NCBI GenBank assembly: GCA_964016885.1
Contig: OZ024748.1
Coordinates: 33,604,001-33,668,000 of the forward strand
Direction: 5' to 3'
From: Eledone cirrhosa
Lineage: Eukaryota
DNA length: 64,000 nt
Below the pieces are notes generated by a model. It was not told where the DNA came from, searched no databases, and worked only from the letters and a program-made list of their open reading frames with translations. This document shows positions 42,880 through 55,585 of this stretch, one piece after another (the first letter of the stretch is position 1; each line of letters starts with the position of its first letter). The position numbers and the translations under genes are program-made.

Positions 42880-43470
42880 TTGTTCTCGTATGATTTGAAC
42901 TAGTGATCTTGGACTTCATAGATGGGCAACAAGAGTAACTGATCTTAACTACGTTCCTATTAAATATCTTATAATATCTATGATTAGGAGGAAAATGTTT
43001 GTCTAAGAGTTCAAAGAATTTCCTTCCTACATTAGTTTTGACAGTTAGAGAGAAGGAGGGGGGGGGGTGAACCAAATAATTTTCCTTTTCCTGTTATTGT
43101 GGTTAGTTTTAGGGGGGGGGGAGTAGGTAAATAAAAAAATGTTTCTGTAAAACCGCTGTTCTTAAGGGCTTTATTATAATAAGGGGCGGCTTTATTAAAA
43201 ATGTCTATAGACGAAGATAAGGTAAAAATCCTACGGCTAATGTTAGGAATAAGATTATTAAAAACTATAAGGGGATGGCAAGACTCTTTGTGTATATACC
43301 TAAGATTTTCATTAGGTTTATGATAAGGTTTAAAAGAGGCGGTAAGTAGATCAAGATTAATATCAAGAAAGTTAGCATTGGTAAGGTTCGTATCTATAGT
43401 GATTTTAAGGTTAAGATTAGCAAAAGTATTGATTAAATCTTTACGGAATTTATCAAGGTTAGAGCCACTT
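42880..43470 (-). pseudogene. Penelope-like element internal fragment
   Basis: NFLDI, Y.HKES.HP, KIIWF.PP, TNVGRKFFELLDKHFPPNH..KIFNRNVVKISYSC. Confidence 0.85.
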
Positions 43471-43755
43471 CTGCTTGCCTAAACTCAAAGACCGAGATCT
43501 TCAGATGTTGTCCTCATCTGAAATCACATCTGATATGTAACTGGATTGACACTCCTATGATAAATCAACCGCCTTGAACGCCTTCTCTGCTCTTTACTTC
43601 TACTACGGTTTTTTTATTTGCTGAATCCACGTTCTGTACTCTTGTATTCTTTTTCTTCCTTATCTCCCCTTATATTTCACCTTTCCTATGTCTTCTCCCC
43701 CCCCCCCATATATTCTTTTTGCCTTACCCTTCACATACCAAAATGTATGTGCATG

Positions 43756-43826
<71 letters not shown>

Positions 43827-43858
43827 ATATATATATATATGTAGATAGACCAGGTTTT

Positions 43859-43919
43859 TTTCATTCTGATGATTGAAGGCAACATTTTTTTGCTTTTAAG
43901 AAACCACTGGTGAATGGAA
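43859..43919 (+). ncRNA. Minimal hammerhead, family C (cleavage triplet mutated to GUG)
   Basis: tttcatt CTGATGA ttgaaggcaa-catttt-ttgcttttaa GAAA ccactgg TG aatggaa. Confidence 0.75.
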
Positions 43920-43997
43920 TAATTACCTTATGTTGTTTATTACATTACTACTATATATATGTATATATAAGGTTCATATGAATTATCTAAGATTGAG

Positions 43998-44128
<131 letters not shown>

Positions 44129-44518
44129 TATTGTGTATGCATTTGTGTATGCGTATGTATGTGTTTATGTATTTGTATATGTATATTTATGTGTGAGAGT
44201 GTGTGTATGTATTTACTTTTTCGTACGTATGTGTACGTGCATTTGTGTGTATTGCTTACCACGCGTGTCTGTTCATTTATTCGTCGCTTGTATCACTGTC
44301 AACTGTATAATAGTCTTTATTATTTTATTTTTTATATATATTTTTTCTTATATTTATTTGCGTGTGTGAATATGTAGAGGTGTGTATATTTTTCTAATTT
44401 TGTACATGCATATGTATGCATTTATGTATGTGTATGTATGTACGTGTGTATATAGGTATGATTGTGTGCATGTATGTATGTATATGTATGTGTGTATGGC
44501 TATGTATGTGTATGTGTA

Positions 44519-44577
<59 letters not shown>

Positions 44578-44909
44578 GTATATGTGTGTATATATATGTG
44601 TGTGGTTGTATATATGTATGTGTATGTATGGATGTGTTGATATTTATGTGCGTATGTATGTATGTGTATATGTATGTGTATGTGTGTATTTATATACACA
44701 TATATATATGTATATGTGTATGTGTATGTATGAGTGTATGTATATATATATACATATATGTGTGTATGTATGCTTTTGTGTGTGTGTGTGTGTGTTTGCA
44801 TGTGTGGTTTTATTTTATTTTTCCTTTCTTTCTTCTTTCTCCAGCCTCACTTTCATATAGATTGCATTTTTGTTTTTAAAATCCAAATTCAATAAACAGA
44901 CCAGGATTT

Positions 44910-44969
44910 TTTCATTCTGATGATTGAAAGCAAAATTGTTTGCTTTTAAGAAACCACTGGTAAATGGAA
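44910..44969 (+). ncRNA. Minimal type I hammerhead ribozyme, family C (intact)
   Basis: tttcatt CTGATGA ttgaaagcaaa-attg-tttgcttttaa GAAA ccactgg TA aatggaa. 7-bp stem I, 11-bp stem II, GUA cleavage after 44962. Confidence 0.88.
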
Positions 44970-44994
44970 TAATAGCCTTATGTTGTTTATTACA

Positions 44995-45048
<54 letters not shown>

Positions 45049-45171
45049 GGAGGTGAGTTTTATTGTAGTACAATAAAGCAATGCAGATATCGGATAAGAA
45101 GCACTCTACAGTTTGTAGGACTGGAGTATGCATAATATAAGATCAAAAGATGGTTAAAGGAGTTCAATGTA

Positions 45172-45237
45172 TTTTATTATGGCATTTCAAAAACAAACAT
45201 CATCATGCAATAATATTTGTGTTTTCATCAGATAAAA
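45172..45237 (-). ncRNA. Minimal hammerhead, family D (1-nt deletion in stem III)
   Basis: The minus strand reads ttttat CTGATGA aaacacaaatattatt-gcat-gatgatgtttgttttt GAAA tgcca TA ataaaa. Confidence 0.8.
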
Positions 45238-46990
45238 CAGGAGAACATGATATGAAGGCTAAAAAACACTTGTGGATAGTGCAGTTTTAAATCAACATAT
45301 GAAAAGTGGTTTTAGATTGATGTGTGATATTGGGAAAAAATATTTTATTTAGAGAGGGGGGGGGGTTGGAAAGGATGAAAAGGGAAGGAGATGAGAGGGA
45401 GAGATGGGTGATAGAGAGAAAGAGATAGTTTTTATAACTGAGAGGAGATATATTTTTTACATAGAGAGGTTGAAAACCGTTGGAAGATACTGTATAAATT
45501 AAAAATTTTGAAAATTAACGAAGGGAGGATATGTGCGAGGAAAAAATATTTTATTTAGGGGGGGGGGGCGGTGAAAAAAAGGGGGAGGAGATGAGAGTGA
45601 AGGTGGAGAGGGAGAGATGGATGATAGAGAGAAAGAGATAGTTTTTATAACTGAGAAAAAGATATATTGTTTTAACATAGAGAGGTTGGGAACCGTTGGA
45701 AGATAATGTATAAATTAAAGGAATTTGAAAATTAACGAAGGGAAATTATGTATGAAGATAGAGAGAAAAAAATAATAATTGTGGATGAATATTCTAACGT
45801 CAAAAAAAGAAATGTATGTATTGTGGCAATTTCAAAATTAACGAAGAGAAAAATTATTAAGGTTTGTGTGTAGAAGGATTTGAGAAAAATAATGTGAAGT
45901 TAAAGTTTGTATATTGGTTGAATTGATAATATATGCGAATAAAGAGTTAATATGTATTAATAATGAGTTCGTTGATGGGGAGAAAAAAATAATAAATTAA
46001 GGATGAAATTGAGATTAAAAAGATTTATGATAGAGAGAAAAAATAATAATGATTGCGGATGAATATTCTAACGTCAAAAAACAACAAATGTAACAAATTA
46101 CCCTTATTCTATCTTCACCTCATAACATACACATTTGTTGTTTTTTGACGTTAGAATATTCATCCGCAATCATTATTATTTTTTCTCTCTATCATAAATC
46201 TTTTTAATCTCAATTTCATCCTTAATTTATTATTTTTTTCTCCCCATCAACGAACTCATTATTAATACATATTAACTCTTTATTCGCATATATTATCAAT
46301 TCAACCAATATACAAACTTTAACTTCACATTATTTTTCTCAAATCCTTCTACACACAAACCTTAATAATATTTCTCTTCGTTAATTTTGAAATTGCCACA
46401 ATACATACATTTCTTTTTTTGACGTTAGAATATTCATCCACAATTATTATTTTTTTCTCTCTATCTTCATACATAATTTCCCTTCGTTAATTTTCAAATT
46501 CCTTTAATTTATACATTATCTTCCAACGGTTCCCAACCTCTCTATGTTAAAACAATATATCTTTTTCTCAGTTATAAAAACTATCTCTTTCTCTCTATCA
46601 CCCATCTCTCCCTCTCCACCTTCACTCTCATCTCCTCCCCCTTTTTTTTTCATCCTTTCCACCCCCCCTCCCTAAATAAAATATTTTTTCCTCGCACATA
46701 TCCTCCCTTCGTTAATTTTCAAAATGTTTAATTTATACAGTATCTTCCAACGGTTTTCAACCTCTCTATGTAAAAAATATATCTCCTCTCAGTTATAAAA
46801 ACTATCTCTTTCTCTCTATCACCCATCTCTCCCTCTCATCTCCTTCCCTTTTCATCCTTTCCACCCCCCCCTCTCTAAATAAAATATTTTTTTTCCAATA
46901 TCACACATCAATCTAAAACCACTTTTCATATGTTGATTTAAAACTGCACTATCCACAAGTGTTTTTTAGCCTTCATATCATGTTCTCCTG

Positions 46991-47057
46991 TTTTATCTGA
47001 TGAAAACACAAATATTATTGCATGATGATGTTTGTTTTTGAAATGCGCATAATAAAA
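46991..47057 (+). ncRNA. Minimal type I hammerhead ribozyme, family D (intact)
   Basis: ttttat CTGATGA aaacacaaatattatt-gcat-gatgatgtttgttttt GAAA tgcgca TA ataaaa. Palindromic TGCGCA stem III; AUA cleavage after 47051. Confidence 0.88.
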
Positions 47058-47089
47058 TACATTGAACTCCTTTAACCATCTTTTGATCT

Positions 47090-47134
<45 letters not shown>

Positions 47135-47221
47135 AATTAAATGAAGAATTAGAAATAGAAGCCAGGACTATACATCATCAATGATCTACTAGCCATCATA
47201 GGTATTTCTTCGCATTAACGA

Positions 47222-47311
<90 letters not shown>

Positions 47312-47609
47312 CATCATTGTTTAACGTCTATCTTCCACGCTAGACTGTATCTGGCAGGTTTTCTACAGCCGGATGCTCTTCCTAACACCAACCACATTTA
47401 CAGTGTCGGCTGGGAGCCTTTTTTACCGTGTCTCCTACACGACCACTTTACAGCGTGGAATGGGTGCTTTTTTGTTGTGACACCTACACGACCTCTTTAG
47501 TGTGGACTGGATGTTCTGTGGTACCAACATAACTTTACAGAGAAAGGGTGGTATTGGTGGGAGGATGGTGTAGGGGTAGTGGGTTGATGTGTATATGTGG
47601 TTAAGAGGG

Positions 47610-50030
47610 GCCTACTGACTGTATGTTTCAGTTTGTACGTAGGCAAGGCGGGTCTTCTGTATTACTGTGTAGCGCCAAAGGTCTCGATACAGTGACATCG
47701 TCTTAGAGAGGTGTAAGTGTGCAAGGTTGGATTTTATCATCTCGTCCCATGTTATTCTGGGTCTACCTACTCCGTAACTTCCATCAATGTTGATCACCCT
47801 GCACTTTTTTTATACAGCTGTCATCTTTCATGCGCATCACATGACCATAGCAATGTAATTTTCTCTTAAGTAAACAGCATCTGATCCCTTTGCCGTCTCA
47901 ATGTCATGTAACATTGCTGTTCGTATACAGGCATCATACAATCTGCCTTTCATTTTTAGAGAGATACCCCTTGTGGCTAACAGTGGTTATAGCTCTCTGA
48001 ACTTTTTCCATTCCGTTCTGACTCTGGCTACTGTACTTTCAAAACACCCTCCTCCACTGCTGATTCTGTCACCCATGTAACGGAGAGTGTCCACTATTTC
48101 TATAGAACCATCTGAGCAATAGAAGGAGCTAGTGTCCTCTGGGCACTTGCTACTTACTGCACCTGAGCATTGGTCACACATAAAATCTACATTTTTAGAT
48201 AGCTTACCTGTGATCCCACTACATCTTTTATGTACCCATAGTTTGCATTTGGGGCATAGAATGAAATTTCTACCTACTCCTTTCCTACACACTGAGCATG
48301 GCCATGTCCCAGAGGGCACCCATGCCCTATTCTTTCCTTTCTACATACTAGAACTTTAGTCTTAGATAAGTTAACTTTAAGGCCTTTTGATTCTAGGCCA
48401 TGCTTCCATGTTTGGAATTTCTTCTCTAGTTCAGCCAAAGATTCAGCTATGAGAGTTAGATCATCTGCATATAGAAGTTCCCATGGGCAGCCGGTCTTGA
48501 ACTCCTCTGTTATAGCCTGAAGGGCAATAATAAATAGGAGGGGCCTAAGGACGGAGCCTTGATAAACACCTACGTTTATGCTAAATTCTTCACTATATTC
48601 ATTGTTAATTCTCACCTTGCTGACTCTTTCTGTATACATGGCTTGTATAGCTCTCACAAGCCATTCATCTACTCCTAGCTTTCTAAGAGCCCACCAGATT
48701 AAGGTGCATGGGACTCTGTCAAAGGCTTTCTCGAAGTCAACAAAAGCTAAGTAGAGAGGTTTACTTTCAGCTAGGTACTTCTGTAGTTGTCGTACAATGA
48801 AAAGGGCATCCGTGGTACTTTTACCTGGCACAAACCCAAACTGCATTTCATCTAGATCAATTCGATCTCTGATTAGTTGTGCAATAACTCTTGCTGTGAC
48901 CTTATGACCTGGTCAACTAACTCAATGCCTCTATAGTTTCCCCTATCTGGAGCATCTCCTTTACGCTTGTAGCAGTTAATGATGATGCTGCTACGCCAGT
49001 CCTTTGGTATGACCCCATTCTGTATTGTTTGGTTTACTATCCGGGTGACCATAGTATGTCCCACCATTCCAGATGCTTTCAACATCTCAGCAACTGCCTC
49101 TGAAGGCCCAGCTGCTTTGCCTGTCTTCATATCTTTGATTGCCTTACTTATACTACCATTAACTTGCACAGCTGGTCCCTCTATTGGATCGATGTGGGGA
49201 AGACTATCTTGTTCCCATTTATTCTCCTCATTTAGTAATCTCTTTTAGTGACACTGCCAAGCTACCTTCTTATCAGTATCAGTGAGGGCAAGTACACCAT
49301 CATCATTACGAACACACTTCTCCTCGACAAAATCACAGTTTTCCTTGACACATTGTCTTGCAATCCTGAACACCTCACGTTTTTGGTCTTCACGTTGTAG
49401 GACATGCTTGAACTTTCTATCCTCTGCTTCCCTCCTTGTAAGGTACACTTGTCTCCTAGCTTCTCTCCTGGCCTCTTGATAGTGTTTTCTACTTCCGTGA
49501 TACTTTCCAAGCCTTCTTTTTGGCCTTGATTGACTCCTCCACCTTACTGTTCCACAACCAAGTTACTCTCCTCTTGCCTAAAGGTCTGCTCCAGCCATCG
49601 ATTTTATCTGTCGCCTTCACCAGGTTTAACTTTCAGGAATTCCCACTGTTCCTCTATGTTGTACGTCTCTAATTGCTCTTCCTTACTGTCAAAAGCATCA
49701 AGTAATATGCTTTTAAATTTGTTACTAGCTGTGGGGTCCTTCAACTTCCATATTCTTCTCCTCGGGCTAGTCTCCTGTTGTCGAGTACGTCTAGTCCTGA
49801 CTATGAGGTCACTAACTATAAAGTTATGTTGGGAGGTGGATTCTTCATGGGGGAGTGTATTAGTGTTTACAACAGACTAGTAAGGACAAAATCTATTTGG
49901 CTAGTGTCTTCCCCTGATCTATAGGTGATCAAGTGATTGTCTCGTTTTTTGAAGTTTGTGTTACAGATAGTTAGGTTATTAGCATCACAGAATTCCAGGA
50001 TCCTGAAGCCTTCCCCATTTTTAGTACCAA
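47610..50030 (-). mobile_element. RTE-type LINE, 5'-truncated, same family as 31780-34180
   Basis: QFGFVPGKSTTDA, FVDFEKAFDRVP, LLYADDL, WPCSVCRKGVG, GRPRITWDE. Confidence 0.92.
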
Positions 50031-50149
50031 AATTAAAATTGCTAAGATAACAAAAATATCTTACCTTAGCAAATTTAATAATCCCAAATATTTTCAGGTT
50101 TAAAAACCCATTATCAAGGGAGCATCTCTATGATAGACTTAAAGGATCA

Positions 50150-50980
50150 ATCAGAGTTGACTTGTTTGGAAGGCAGATTTAAGTTAAATCTGCCTTCATA
50201 CACGTCAACAATTATTTTACCTCAATTGGCCCCACTTTCTTTAACTTTACACCAAAACACATTAAAACAGAAACAGACCCCATAAAATTCAACCAACTAG
50301 AACTTGACACCCTCAAATCCAACAGGTACGCCTTCAGTCTAGATGTAGTATCCCTCTACACATCGGTACCTTCACTCCTGGCAGTGGACATACTCACTGA
50401 ATTTGTCGGTTTCAGCGACCTGGATTGTTTCGGCCTCACCACCACCAACATCCTCCAACTCCTATCCATCATTGTAAACAACGCATTTTTCAACTTACTG
50501 GGACAAACCTACCGACAGACCTTTGGACTACCCAATGGATCCAGCCTCTCGGGTTTACTGGTCATTTCATATATGAACAGGCTTGAACGCTGAGTACTCA
50601 GCTCTTGTGACACCTGCACTTTCTTCACTAGATATGTGGATGATATACTCATCCTCACATCCACCAAGGACAATGCCAACAAGATTTTCGAATATTTCAA
50701 CAATGATGACAATAACATCAAGTTCAGCATCGAACATCCCACCGACTCCAGGTCCCTTGCTTTACTTGATTTCAGACTGAGCATCTCTGATAACGATGAA
50801 ATCCACACCAATTTCTACCACAAAGCGGCCAGCAGGGACCTGTTTGTGCATTACAAATCTGCCCTCCCCAACAGCTCCAAAAGAGGGTACATCTTCAACG
50901 AAATGGCTCGCATATGCAACAGATGCAGCAACGTTGCTAATATAACCACCCATATCAGACGATTCCACAAGGTACTCTGT
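50150..50980 (+). pseudogene. Penelope-like RT fragment
   Basis: FSLDVVSLYTSVP, YRQTFGLPNGSSLSG, FTRYVDDIL, IKFSIE, LLDF, FYHK. Confidence 0.8.
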
Positions 50981-51551
50981 CATACAATTCTAATTCGTCT
51001 TCTTTCTTTATATTTTAGTGAAATGACAGCTGCATAAAAAGGTGCAGAACACTAAAAGTTAATGGATGTCTTGGAGTGAGGAGACCCAAGAAGACCTGGG
51101 ATGATGTAATAAAAGCTGACCTTGCGCAATTGCACTTCTCAAAGGCGATGACATACGACTGTGACCTCTGGCGTCACGCAGTAATACAGAAGACCCAACT
51201 TCCCACGGGTACAAGCTGAAGCTGAAGCATATAGACAATATGCCCCACCCCCTCCCACTGTAAAGTGGTCGTGGAGGTATCACGACAAAAATCACCTAGT
51301 CCACACTGTAAAGTGGTCGTATAGGCGCCACGAAAAAAAAGCACCCAGTACTCACTGTAAATGAGTTTGGTGTTATGAAGGGCATCCAGCTGTAGAAATC
51401 AAGCCAGAATCAGTTCCATGTGAGCAAGACAAGGCCAGCCGACTGGACACTACCCACAACAGGACAACCAGTCTAACCCATGCTAGCGTGAAAGAATGGA
51501 CCTAAAACAGTGACGATGATGGTGATGATGATGATGAGGATATATATATAT

Positions 51552-51815
51552 ATGTTTATATGGTCGCAACTCCCAGACTGGAGAGTGTAGAGAAGAGAGA
51601 AAGCAGGAAGTAGGAAGAGAAAGCAGGAATCGTCTCTTGGTAAGGTCGAAGTGGTCTTTTTGGCTGCAGCGTAAGAAGTGAGATAGAACTCCTTAAGTTC
51701 TCAAATATATAGTCCCCAGGGGGGCGTTACTCCATTTAGCCACTGGGAGTCGCGACCGTCACAAAAGGATGCAACTCCTATATGTGCTGTGTTCCAGCCG
51801 TAAGGGGTCGCTACA
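51552..51815 (-). repeat. Solo-LTR-like segment (further copies at ~59581-59893 and ~61016-61327)
   Basis: The minus strand begins TGTAGCGACCCC, contains a TATA-like ctatatatt and ends in ..AACA. Three copies, each followed directly by the satellite. Confidence 0.55.
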
Positions 51816-54531
51816 AGTGAATCAGTGGTGGTGTGGTGGACATGAGGTAGAGTGAATGAGTGGTGGTGGACATTATGTGGAGTGAATCAGTGGTGGTGGA
51901 CATTAGGTGGAGTGAATCTGTGGTGGTGTGGTGGACATTAGGTAGAGTGAATCAGTGGTGGTGGACATTAGGTGGAGTGAATCAGTGGTGGTGGACATTA
52001 GGTGGAGTGAATCAGTGGTGGTGGACATTATGTGGAGAGAATCAGTGGTGGTGGACATTAGGTGGAGTGAATCAGTGGTGGTGTGGTGGACATTAGGTAG
52101 AGTGAATCAGTGGTGGTGGACATTAGGTGTAGTGAATCAGTGGTGGGGGACATTAGGTGGAAAGAATCAGTGGTGGTGTGGTGGACATTAGGTAGAGTGA
52201 ATCAGTGGTGGTGGACATTAGGTGGAGTGAATCAGTGGTGGTGGACATTATGTGGAGTGAATCAGTGGTGGGGGACATTAGGTGGAGTGAATCAGTGGTG
52301 GGGGACATTAGGTGGAAAGAATCAGTGGTGGTGTGGTGGACATTAGGTAGAGTGAATCAGTGGTGGTGGACATTAGGTGGAGTGCATCAGTGGTGGTGGA
52401 CATTAGGTGGAGAGAATCAGTGGTGGTGTGGTGGACATTAGGTAGAGTGAATCAGTGGTTGTGTTATGGACATTAGGTGGAGTGAATCAGTGGTGGTGGA
52501 CATTAGGTGGAAAGAATCAGTGGTGGTGAACATTATGTGGAGAGAATCAGTGGTGGTGGACATTATGTGGAGAGAATCAGTGGTGGTGTAGTGGACTTTA
52601 GGTAGAGTGAATCAGTGGTTGTGTTATGGACATTAGGTGGAGTGAATCAGTGGTGGTGGACATTAGGTGGAGTGAATCAGTGGCGGTGGACATTATGTGG
52701 AGAGAATCAGTGGTGGTGTGGTGGACATTAGGTAGAGTGAATCAGTGGTTGTGTTATGGACATTAGGTGGAGTGAATCAGTGGTGGTGGACATTAGGTGG
52801 AGTGAATCAGTGGTGGTGGACATTAGGTGGAGTGAATCAGTGGTGGTGGATATTAGGTGGAAAGAATCAATGGTGGTGTGGTGGACATTAGGTAGAGTGA
52901 ATCAGTGGTGGTGGACATTATGTGGAGTGAATCACTGGTGTTGGACATTAGGTGGAAAGAATCAGTGGTGGTGTGGTGGACATTAGGTAGAGTGAATCAG
53001 TGGTGGTGGACATTAGGTAGAGTGAATCAGTGGCGGTGGACATTAGGTGGAGTGAACCAGTGATGGTGGACATTAGGTGGAGTGAATCAGTGGTGGTGGA
53101 CATTAGGTGGAGTGAATCAGTGGTGGTGGACATTAGGTGGAGTGAATCAGTGGTGGTGGACATTAGGTGGAAAGAATCAGTGGTGGTGTGGTGGACATTA
53201 GGTAGAGTGAATCAGTGGTGGTGGACATTAGGTGGAGTGAATCAGTGGTGGTGGACATTATGTGGAGTGAATCAGTGGTGGTGGACATTATGTGGAGTGA
53301 ATCAGTGGTGGTGGACATTAGGTAGAGTGAATCAGTGGTGGTAGACATTAGGTGGAGTGAATCAGTGGTGGTGGACATTAGGTGGAGTGAATCAGTGGTG
53401 GTGGACATTATGTGGAGAGAATCAGTGGTGGTGTGGTGGACATTAGGTAGAGTGAATCAGTGATTGTGTTATGGACATTAGGTGGAGTGAATCAGTGGTG
53501 GTGGACATTATGTGGAGTGAATCAGTGGTGGTGGACATTATGTGGAGTGAATCAGTGGTGGTGGACATTAGGTGGAGTGAATCAGTGGTGGTGTGTTGGA
53601 CATTAGCTGGAGTGAATCAGTGGTGGTGGATATTATGTGCAGAGAATCAGTGGTGGTGTGTTGGACATTAGCTGGAGTGAATCAGTGGTGGTGGATATTA
53701 GGTGGAAAGAATCAATGGTGGTTTGGTGGACATTAGGTAGAATGAATCAGTGGTGGTGGACATTAGGTGGAGTGAATCAGTGGTGGTGGACATTAGGTGG
53801 AGTGAATCAGTGATGGTGGACATTAGGTAGAGTGAATCAGTGGCGGTGGACATTAGGTGGAGTGAATCAGTGGTGGTGGACATTAGGTGGAGTGAATCAG
53901 TGGTGGTGGACATTAGGTGGAGTGAATCAGTGGTGGTGGACATTAGGTGGAGTGAATCAGTGATGGTGGACATTAGGTAGAGTGAATCAGTGGCGGTGGA
54001 CATTAGGTGGAGTGAATCAGTGGTGGTGGACATTAGGTGGAGTGAATCAGTGGTGGTGGACATTAGGTGGAGTGAATCAGTGGTGGTGGACATTAGGTGG
54101 AGTGAATCAGTGGTGGTAGACATTAGGTGGAGTGAATCAGTGGTGGTGGACATTATGTGGAGAGAATCAGTGGTGGTGGACATTAGGTGGAGTGAATAGT
54201 GGGGGTGGATATTAGGTGGAGTGAATGAGTGGTGGTGGACATTATGTGGAGGGAATCAGTTTTGGTGGACATTGGGTAGAGTGAATCAATGGTGGTGGAC
54301 ATTAGGTGGAGTGAATCAGTGGTGGTGGACATTAGGTGAAGTGAATCAGTGGTGGTGTGGTGGACATTAGGTGGATTGAATCAATGGTGGTAGACATTAG
54401 GTGGTGTGAAACAGTGGTGGTGTGGTGGACATTGGGTAGAGTGAATCAGAGGTGGTGGACATTAGGTAGAGTAAATCAGTGGTGGTGTGTTGGACATTAG
54501 GGAGAGTAAATCAGTGCTGGTGGACATTGGG
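51816..54531. repeat. 30-bp G-rich satellite, block 1
   Basis: Unit gtggacattaggtggagtgaatcagtggtg, with 35-bp variants. Confidence 0.97.
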
Positions 54532-54962
54532 TGTTTAGGAAATAAATATCGGTGTACATGCAACATAATATAAAAGACAGTAAATACCGGCGTGTGGTAA
54601 TAAAGTTTTTACTTCATGGAAGTCAAAAGGCATTAAATATAAGGGTTTGTTACCCGATGGTCATAATACAAGGCTGAAGTTGGTAGAAACATCTTAGGCT
54701 CTCATCTCAGGCTGCAAGCTGCATTGTGCTTGGTAACGAAAGGGTCGTCAAGAAGGAATCACAAGCTATGGTCGAAGGTGTTACCACTTCAGGAATCAGG
54801 AGGCGAGAGAGAGATTTCGTGGTAAACCGCTCCTTTTATATCTGTTGACCGGAAGTGACCACCAGGGAGTCTGGTCAATCCCAAAGGGAAGCAACTCCAC
54901 CTACTTCCTGTCTAGAGAGCAGTGATGAGATTGTCATGGCAGGGGAGGCAACTCTTACTACA
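54532..54962 (-). repeat. 3' LTR of the young Gypsy element
   Basis: TGTAGTAAG...CCTAAACA on the minus strand, preceded by the PPT GGCGGGAGATAA. 54792-54962 is identical to 59190-59360. Confidence 0.85.
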
Positions 54963-55585
54963 TTATCTCCCGCCAGATTTTTAAAACATAAAAATCGAAA
55001 GAAGCATGCATGGAGTAAGATGGCGAGCATGTAAGAGGCATGAAAACTATGGTACATAGTAATGGAAGTAAGAGAAGAGGTCAAAAGTTCAAATATCTAA
55101 AATACAGTTAACATGTGTGCAGTCACATGACAGCAGTAAGGAATGTGTTCCAGAGAAAGAATGCAGGTGGTTTCTGGTCTGTGGTATAACATGAAATATC
55201 CAACTTCCGAAGGTAATTTCTCACAGGCAGAGTGCTGCAGAAATAAATTGTCTGGCTTGTTCTGCTGGTTTTAGTTGTTGATGAAGCTGTGTTGTTGTCG
55301 TTGATGTTGTGAATGCGTTGACCTGGAAGGGTCAAGAGGCCAGCGACCAGAGAAATAAGCATTCTTAATAAATGCGCGGTTATCAACGGTAAATTTACGT
55401 GGTAAATTTATAAACCGGCAAATAGAAGAATATAGCTTAAAATGTTCGTTGTAAAGGAAACGAAAAACATATATATACATCCAGTGAAATGGTAATGAGA
55501 GGTACATTGCAATACAAAAAATCAATAAATAACAAGAACAGCAAAAAAAAAATATATATATATATATAAGGCTCCAATGGCCAGT

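Larger units (their letters stand above)
45132..47097. repeat. ~2-kb palindrome (arms ~960 bp, spacer 46092-46130), non-coding
   Basis: 45132-46091 is a near-perfect reverse complement of 46131-47097. (TA)n tracts lie at or near both ends. Confidence 0.95.

Noticed and set aside
54527-54535. Clean TSD for the young Gypsy
   Set aside because: The flanks (ttggg / ggtgg) do not match exactly. GGTG works only if it overlaps the terminal TG, so no TSD is claimed.
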